This document shows, piece after piece, positions 58,530-64,000 of a stretch of 64,000 nt of DNA. The DNA lies in assembly GCA_964399085.1 (NCBI GenBank), contig CAYNPN010000002.1, positions 9,237 to 73,236 of the forward strand. The letters are read 5' to 3'. The notes beneath the pieces are model-generated. The model did not search any database. It worked only from the letters and a program-made list of their open reading frames with translations, and was not told where the DNA came from. Source of the DNA: Candidatus Hadarchaeota archaeon (GTDB lineage: Archaea > Hadarchaeota > Hadarchaeia > Hadarchaeales > JAGGTB01). Every line of letters starts with the position of its first letter. Position 1 is the stretch's first letter. A program made the position numbers and the translations under genes.

Positions 58530-59577
58530 ATTCGTACCATACGTTACACATACCCTCGTTGCCCACCATGCAGGGCCCTACTGGGTTCTCCGGAGTGCAT
58601 TTTTCTTCTCTAAAAAGTTTGCACATTTCAGGTTTGCTTTTTCCCAAAATTATTTCATCACATATACAACCAGGAGGAGTTTCGGCTTCCCCCTCTTCCG
58701 CTTCCAAATCATATTTTTTCCTCGCGTTTAGCTTGTCGTTCTTGATTCCGAGCCCGGAATCCGGGATTTTTCCTATTCCTCTCCAGCTGGCATCAGTTAC
58801 TTCGAAGGCTCGATCCATTAGCTTGAGAGCCCTTTCGTTTCCCCCCTCCTTCACTGCCCTCTCGTAGTCGTTCTCGGTGCGGCCCTCGGAATCTATCATC
58901 TTTAGTAGTTTCGCTATGCTGCTCAGGATATCAAGGGGTTCAAAACCGGCTATTACTATAGGGACATCGTATTTTTTCGACAATGGCTGGTAAGGTTTGG
59001 CCCCAATTATGGTTGAGACATGTCCCGGAGCGAGGAATCCGTCAATCTGAACTTCCTCACTATTTAGGAGAAATTCCATTGCGGGCGGTATCCTCTTCAC
59101 GGACCCCAAGAAACTGAAGTTTTCTGGCCTCTCGAGTAGCACGGGAGCATAAGTTGCGGCCGTAGTCTCAAAGCCGACTCCGAAAAATACGATTTCCTTT
59201 TCTTCCCTCCCGGCCGTTGCAACTGCATCAGCAACGCTGTAAACTATCCGAACGTTTTCCTTTTCCCCCGTCAATTTTTCGGAGCTGCCTGTGACCTTGA
59301 CCATGTCGCCGAAAGTAGCAAGAATTACGTCCCCCCTCTCTGTCAATTCGAGAGCTTCATCGACATGGAGAGCTGGGGTCACGCAAACCGGGCAGCCAGG
59401 CCCTTCTACGAGGTCTATATTGTCGGGTAATATTGATCTAATTCCATATTCACAAATTGAGGATTCGTGGGTACCACAAACGTGCATTATAGTTATATTT
59501 TCTTCCGGGGCAGAATTCTGGATTATTTCACTGAATTTTTGGGCACGTTCGGGATCTCTAAACTCTAATTCTTTCAT
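58504..59577 (-). CDS. hypD: hydrogenase maturation protein HypD
   Basis: MHVCGTHE, GPGCPVCV, FFGVGFETT, C-terminal cysteine-rich cluster motifs. Confidence 0.9.
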   Translation of the reverse strand: MKELEFRDPERAQKFSEIIQNSAPEENITIMHVCGTHESSICEYGIRSILPDNIDLVEGPGCPVCVTPALHVDEALELTERGDVILATFGDMVKVTGSSEKLTGEKENVRIVYSVADAVATAGREEKEIVFFGVGFETTAATYAPVLLERPENFSFLGSVKRIPPAMEFLLNSEEVQIDGFLAPGHVSTIIGAKPYQPLSKKYDVPIVIAGFEPLDILSSIAKLLKMIDSEGRTENDYERAVKEGGNERALKLMDRAFEVTDASWRGIGKIPDSGLGIKNDKLNARKKYDLEAEEGEAETPPGCICDEIILGKSKPEMCKLFREEKCTPENPVGPCMVGNEGMCNVWYEYGGRPEIE

Positions 59578-59813
59578 CCTACCGCTACTTCCGGCCCTTC
59601 TTTGAGAATCTCATCGAATTTCTCGAGAGTTTTTTGGGCTTCTTCCTCTGAGATGCTTTGAATTGCGAATCCTGCATGACTCAGAATGTAATCTCCCGGC
59701 TCAACTTCCTCTCCCAGGGGGTCTATCCTAACTTCCTTTTCTAGACCCTTAAAATCCGCTACTGCTTTATTTCCTTCAACTTCTATTATTTCTCCTGGAA
59801 TAGCCAAACACAT
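59574..59813 (-). CDS. hypC: hydrogenase maturation chaperone HypC
   Basis: MCLAIPGEIIEV N-terminus; 79 aa. Confidence 0.9.
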   Translation of the reverse strand: MCLAIPGEIIEVEGNKAVADFKGLEKEVRIDPLGEEVEPGDYILSHAGFAIQSISEEEAQKTLEKFDEILKEGPEVAVG

Positions 59814-59917
59814 ATTTTTTGCTCCCTTTCAAGGAACTATTACTAATTTTTATTTTCCCAAAAAGGAAAATTTCAATAGTTCCTTATTTACCGAGTCGTT
59901 TAAGCAGATTTTTAAAG

Positions 59918-60769
59918 TTATTCTTCTTCCGAGCTTTGACTCTCTAGTTTTTTCGCTAGTTTTTCCTTAGATTCATCCCATATGAGAGATTCAAGTTCCT
60001 CAGTCTTAATTTCGTCTCGCTCTAGAGTAATCGCACCCTCTACGGGACACGCTCTCACACAAGCACCACAGTATATGCAGAATTCCTCATCGACGGCTAT
60101 TCTATCCACGTCCTCCCAAGGCTCCTCGGCTTCGGGTTCGTATATAGCTTCTACGGGACAGACATCCAAACAAACGGCACAGCCGAGGGGACACTTCGAA
60201 GTATCTATTTCGATTTCCCCGTCCATCACTTTCTCAACTGTAATCGCATCATTGGGACATGTATCTTCACACCAGGGACACGTTACACAAGTCCTCATAT
60301 CGATTTTCCATTCTTCATCTTCTATTGAGATTGCATCTACTGGACAGACGGCTTCACACTCTTTTTCCATCTCACACTTGTCAGGATCTCGAACCACTTC
60401 CTTTATCAGCTCGGGAAAGGCTTCCAGATCTATGACGGGCAATTCGTGTTCTCCATCTACCACGAGTTCAAAAGCACCGAATGGACAGATGGCATCACAT
60501 ATCCCACAGAGAACACAATCTTCTTCGTCAACGTTCACGGAAGGTAACTCGGAAACGCCCTTTCCAATCGCTCCGGAGGGACCGAGTTCTATTGCATCCT
60601 TGGGACATACTATTTCACACATCCCACATGCTTTACAAGTATCCTGGTCGTAGTAAAGCGAAATATTTGTCATAAATGTATCTATTTCAGAGACTTTCTC
60701 CTTTCCTTTATCTCCATCTCTGATGGATTTTGCTTCAGAGGCTTTTTTCTTAGTTTCACTATTTGACAT
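59918..60769 (-). CDS. polyferredoxin (about six 4Fe-4S motifs)
   Basis: CKACGMCEIVCP, CVLCGICDAICP, CVTCPWCEDTCP, CAVCLDVCP, CIYCGACVRACP and others. Confidence 0.85.
   Translation of the reverse strand: MSNSETKKKASEAKSIRDGDKGKEKVSEIDTFMTNISLYYDQDTCKACGMCEIVCPKDAIELGPSGAIGKGVSELPSVNVDEEDCVLCGICDAICPFGAFELVVDGEHELPVIDLEAFPELIKEVVRDPDKCEMEKECEAVCPVDAISIEDEEWKIDMRTCVTCPWCEDTCPNDAITVEKVMDGEIEIDTSKCPLGCAVCLDVCPVEAIYEPEAEEPWEDVDRIAVDEEFCIYCGACVRACPVEGAITLERDEIKTEELESLIWDESKEKLAKKLESQSSEEE
60396..60669. repeat. 274-bp tract identical to 62078-62351 in the neighbouring polyferredoxin gene (first 149 bp also equal 61328-61476)
   Basis: Constant offset of 1682 bp with no mismatch seen; flanking sequence is only moderately similar. 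Confidence 0.9.
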
Positions 60770-60933
60770 CTTAGTCCTCTTGATGTTCTTTTCTAGTTAA
60801 ATTCACCATTTTTCCCTATTAGGTCTTTTCAATTTTCTTTTTCTGGGCTCCATTTGACACTACGGGTCAGGGTTGGTACTTTTTAATAAAATTAAAATCA
60901 CGATTTTAAAAGGAGTAATTAATACTATTTCGC

Positions 60934-62484
60934 TTAGGGAGGCTTTTCCAAACTCCTACTCTCTATTCTCTCAGTTAGATCTTCTTTCGATTTGTCCCAG
61001 ACCAGAGACTCGATTTCCTCCACCTTAATTTCGTCCCGTTCTAGAGTAATCGCTCCCTCGACAGGACAAGCCCTTACGCAAGCGCCACAGTATATACAGA
61101 ATTTTTCCTTAACTGCAAGACTATTTTCTTCCCCCCAACCTTCTTCAGATTCTGGCTCGTATATTGCATCACAAGGACATATATCTAGGCAGACTGTACA
61201 ATTGGAGGGACACTTCGAAGTATCTATTTCGATCTCCCCGTCCATCACTTTTTCAACTGTGATTGCGTCGTTCGGGCAAACGTCCTCACACCAGGGACAG
61301 GTCACACATTTATCCAAATCTCGTTCGACTTCCTTTATCAGCTCGGGAAAGGCTTCCAGATCTATGACGGGCAATTCGTGTTCTCCATCTACCACGAGTT
61401 CAAAAGCACCGAATGGACAGATGGCATCACATATCCCACAGAGAACACAATCTTCTTCGTCAACGTTCACGGAAGGCAGTTCAACAACGCCTTCTTCTAT
61501 TTCAGTAAAGGATCCAATTTCAATGGCATCCTTTGGACATACTATTTCACACATCCCACATGCTTTACAGGAGTCCTCCTCGAAGTAAAGAGAGAAATTC
61601 GTTAGTAGAGTATCCAATTCAGCTACTTTTTCCTTTTCTTCGGTTTCTGGCTTTTTCTCCCCCATGTCTTTGGGAGCTATTTTTCTGGCTTCAATCTCGG
61701 ATTCCTCACTCTCTATTCTCTCAGTTAGATCTTCTTTCGATTTGTCCCAGACCAGAGACTCGATTTCCTCCACCTTAATTTCGTCCCGTTCTAGAGTAAT
61801 CGCTCCCTCGACAGGACAAGCCCTTACGCAAGCGCCACAGTATATACAGAATTTTTCCTTAACTGCAAGACTATTTTCTTCCCCCCAACCTTCTTCAGAT
61901 TCTGGCTCGTATATTGCATCACAAGGACATATATCTAGGCAGACTGTACAATTGGAGGGACACTTCGAAGTATCTATTTCGATCTCCCCGTCCATCACTT
62001 TTTCAACTGTGATTGCGTCGTTCGGGCAAACGTCCTCACACCAGGGACAGGTCACACATTTATCCAAATCTCGTTCGACTTCCTTTATCAGCTCGGGAAA
62101 GGCTTCCAGATCTATGACGGGCAATTCGTGTTCTCCATCTACCACGAGTTCAAAAGCACCGAATGGACAGATGGCATCACATATCCCACAGAGAACACAA
62201 TCTTCTTCGTCAACGTTCACGGAAGGTAACTCGGAAACGCCCTTTCCAATCGCTCCGGAGGGACCGAGTTCTATTGCATCCTTGGGACATACTATTTCAC
62301 ACATCCCACATGCTTTACAAGTATCCTGGTCGTAGTAAAGCGAAATATTTGATAGATAGGTGTCCAGCTCGATGACTTTTTCTTTTCTACTTTCCTCTGG
62401 TTTTTCCTCAACTATCTCACTTTCGATGACTCTTTCTCTAGCTCCTCTTTCTGCCATTCTTAATCCCGCACCCCTTTCTTGCAT
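60934..62484 (-). CDS. polyferredoxin with internally duplicated 5-cluster module (about ten 4Fe-4S motifs)
   Basis: The five CxxCxxCxxxCP-type motifs occur twice; a ~173-aa block is repeated verbatim. Confidence 0.85.
   Translation of the reverse strand: MQERGAGLRMAERGARERVIESEIVEEKPEESRKEKVIELDTYLSNISLYYDQDTCKACGMCEIVCPKDAIELGPSGAIGKGVSELPSVNVDEEDCVLCGICDAICPFGAFELVVDGEHELPVIDLEAFPELIKEVERDLDKCVTCPWCEDVCPNDAITVEKVMDGEIEIDTSKCPSNCTVCLDICPCDAIYEPESEEGWGEENSLAVKEKFCIYCGACVRACPVEGAITLERDEIKVEEIESLVWDKSKEDLTERIESEESEIEARKIAPKDMGEKKPETEEKEKVAELDTLLTNFSLYFEEDSCKACGMCEIVCPKDAIEIGSFTEIEEGVVELPSVNVDEEDCVLCGICDAICPFGAFELVVDGEHELPVIDLEAFPELIKEVERDLDKCVTCPWCEDVCPNDAITVEKVMDGEIEIDTSKCPSNCTVCLDICPCDAIYEPESEEGWGEENSLAVKEKFCIYCGACVRACPVEGAITLERDEIKVEEIESLVWDKSKEDLTERIESRSLEKPP
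60958..62226. repeat. 519-bp direct repeat, 100% identical by eye, period 750 bp (60958-61476 = 61708-62226)
   Basis: Line-by-line comparison of the two copies shows no mismatch. The copies diverge at 60957/61707 and 61477/62227. Confidence 0.9.
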
Positions 62485-62796
62485 CTTTTTTAGGATAAAT
62501 CAATATTTTAACTTATTAGCTTTCCTATTCCCCACGTGAAAAATGTACAAGTTCCCTAAAAAAGCAAAAATCTCTAACTTTTTTACGATGTAAACCTGCT
62601 TAGGAAGATTTGATATGAGGGTATGTAGGCCGGTATCAAGTAAAGACTTATAACAGAAGTATTAGGATTAGTAAAGAATCCCTATCCCAAGTCGCCAAAA
62701 ATTGTCGGCTTTCTCTTTATTTTTCTACTATTTTTTGTTACACCCATAACAAAAAATATTCACAAGAAGTAAAAGCAATTGACCGTAGAAATTTAA

Positions 62797-63189
62797 TTGA
62801 TGAATTGGGAAATGATCGGGGAGATAATTGTTTCCCTTGCCGGAGTTGCCGGTTTCATCGCTGGATTCAGCAAGTTTTACGGATCCGATAGTGATGATTC
62901 GGGGGAAGCCGAAAGCGTGGACCATCAAGATAAGATAAAGGAGAAAGTGGAAGAATCACATGGTATAAGGGAGGATAGGTATACCAACTTGAGGTTTGTT
63001 TTAATTTTCCCCGTGGGCTGGATCGTTCTAAGCCTTTTGGTTTCCCTCTTTAGCGGTCCAACCATCGTCTTACCTTCGATAGTCAACTCAACGTTAATCT
63101 GGAACTGGGTCGTGTTTCTATTCGTGATCTTCATTTTGGGAGCAATAGCCTGGAAGCTCGGAGAAAAAATCTACTTGAAAATAGCATGA
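62797..63189 (+). CDS. hypothetical membrane protein
   Basis: 130 aa: N-terminal TM helix, acidic linker, two to three C-terminal TM helices. Confidence 0.45.
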   Translation: MMNWEMIGEIIVSLAGVAGFIAGFSKFYGSDSDDSGEAESVDHQDKIKEKVEESHGIREDRYTNLRFVLIFPVGWIVLSLLVSLFSGPTIVLPSIVNSTLIWNWVVFLFVIFILGAIAWKLGEKIYLKIA

Positions 63190-63424
63190 ATCTCCCTGCA
63201 GATTGGACACTACACGGAAACCGGGCAAATAACCCCGATTAGACCAATCCATTTATAAAACTATTTTAAACAAATGCCCGGCCTTTGTTCGATCGGATTT
63301 TTTCTCGAGAAAGGTAAGCCAATCAAGGATAAATCCAGAAAGGAAACGGGCTAACCGCTACTCGGAGGGGTAAGTAAAAGTAAAAAGAAAGAGGTGTGGG
63401 GAGATCCCCACAGGATAGCTAGAA

Positions 63425-63664
63425 CTAGAGTTCTTCCCAAAGGTCCAAAGGAATAGCCCTCTCAACCAACAGCTGCTCGTTGTAATCGTAATTCTCCAAT
63501 AGCTCCACCTTTCCCTTTTCGCTCCACTTGTTCGCGGTTTCCTCGGGGACGAGGACAACAGTATCCTTTTCGACCTTTTGGGTTCTGGCCTCTCGGATTA
63601 AGTAGAAGTAAGTCTCGAGGACCATGGGGCTTTTCAACCTCACCGGTATCGGCATTTTTAACAA
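63425..63664 (-). CDS. hypothetical small protein
   Basis: 79 aa; overlaps the upstream gene's stop by 7 nt. Followed after the stop by the perfect hairpin TGTGGGGA-GA-TCCCCACA (63395-63412). Confidence 0.45.
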   Translation of the reverse strand: MLKMPIPVRLKSPMVLETYFYLIREARTQKVEKDTVVLVPEETANKWSEKGKVELLENYDYNEQLLVERAIPLDLWEEL

Positions 63665-64000
63665 CCCTCCAAGCCAAGACTGTTTTTTAGCTCCCTGGCC
63701 TGTTCGTTGTCCCCTTTCACGAAGTTGGACTTTTCGTGCTTCGAGAAAGGATCCAGGTATCCGGCGTCCTTCAACTGTTCTTCAAGCTTCTCGTACTCCT
63801 TTTTGTTCAACCCTATAATCTTCGCCTTGTCCTCCTTGGTCCAACGGTTCGCCACTTCGAAGTCCACCCATAATATCGAGTTCTTGGGCAACAGGATTCT
63901 ATGCTCGGCCTTCGTCTCGGAAAATTCTATCTTCAAGGGTTCCTTTAACTGCACCAAATTGCGCACGAAGGTAGGCCTATCGTGATATTCTTTCTCTCCC
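63658..64000 (-). CDS. hypothetical protein, 5' end probably outside the window
   Basis: The frame stays open upstream of the GTG at 63966 to the window end (…GEKEYHDRPTFVRNLVQLKEP…). Shares an LxP...ANxW(S/T)xE motif with the downstream 79-aa protein. Confidence 0.45.
   Translation of the reverse strand, partial: GEKEYHDRPTFVRNLVQLKEPLKIEFSETKAEHRILLPKNSILWVDFEVANRWTKEDKAKIIGLNKKEYEKLEEQLKDAGYLDPFSKHEKSNFVKGDNEQARELKNSLGLEGC

Noticed and set aside
59982-62335. Three long Ser/Thr-rich plus-strand ORFs (59982..60653, 60992..61588, 61664..62335)
   Set aside because: They are antisense shadows of the Cys/Glu/Asp-rich polyferredoxin genes. They are low-complexity and repeat only because the sense genes repeat.

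Overview
This is an archaeal (euryarchaeal-type) chromosomal segment. It is AT-leaning, densely coding on both strands, and its proteins are conspicuously rich in Asp and Glu. Most of it is housekeeping:
- proteasome beta subunit, G1P dehydrogenase, aCPSF1 N-terminus, IlvE, ThiC, NMNAT, RtcA, ArgRS, TiaS, MoaE/MoaD, RNase HI, DeoC, an Lhr-type helicase, one tRNA-Gly(GCC), and a probable RNase P RNA.

The largest functional block spans about 46.4-62.5 kb. It holds a 14-gene Mbh-type membrane-bound [NiFe] hydrogenase / Mrp antiporter operon (mbhA-N order). Around it sit the HycI-like maturation protease, hypF and hypCDE. Next to hypC are two polyferredoxin genes that contain long, perfectly identical internal and inter-gene repeats.

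Accessory or unusual content:
1. A complete GC-rich IS (16-bp inverted repeats, 9-bp target duplication) carrying a YREK-type DDE transposase and an oppositely oriented small ORF.
2. A cassette of small secreted or membrane proteins next to that IS.
3. A PilB/PilC-like type IV filament operon preceded by three small TM/coiled-coil genes, with no evident pilin.
4. A solo TnpB (IS1341-type) interrupted by a single in-frame TAG.
5. A GNAT gene with two frameshifts.
6. A translationally coupled operon encoding a compact SMC5/6- or Sph-like ATPase, a kleisin-like protein and a winged-helix kite-like protein. I consider this the most interesting candidate system.
7. An ADP-ribosylglycohydrolase co-transcribed with an unknown 230-aa protein.

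No CRISPR array or rRNA was seen. All functional calls come from motif-level reading of the translations, and no database search was possible.
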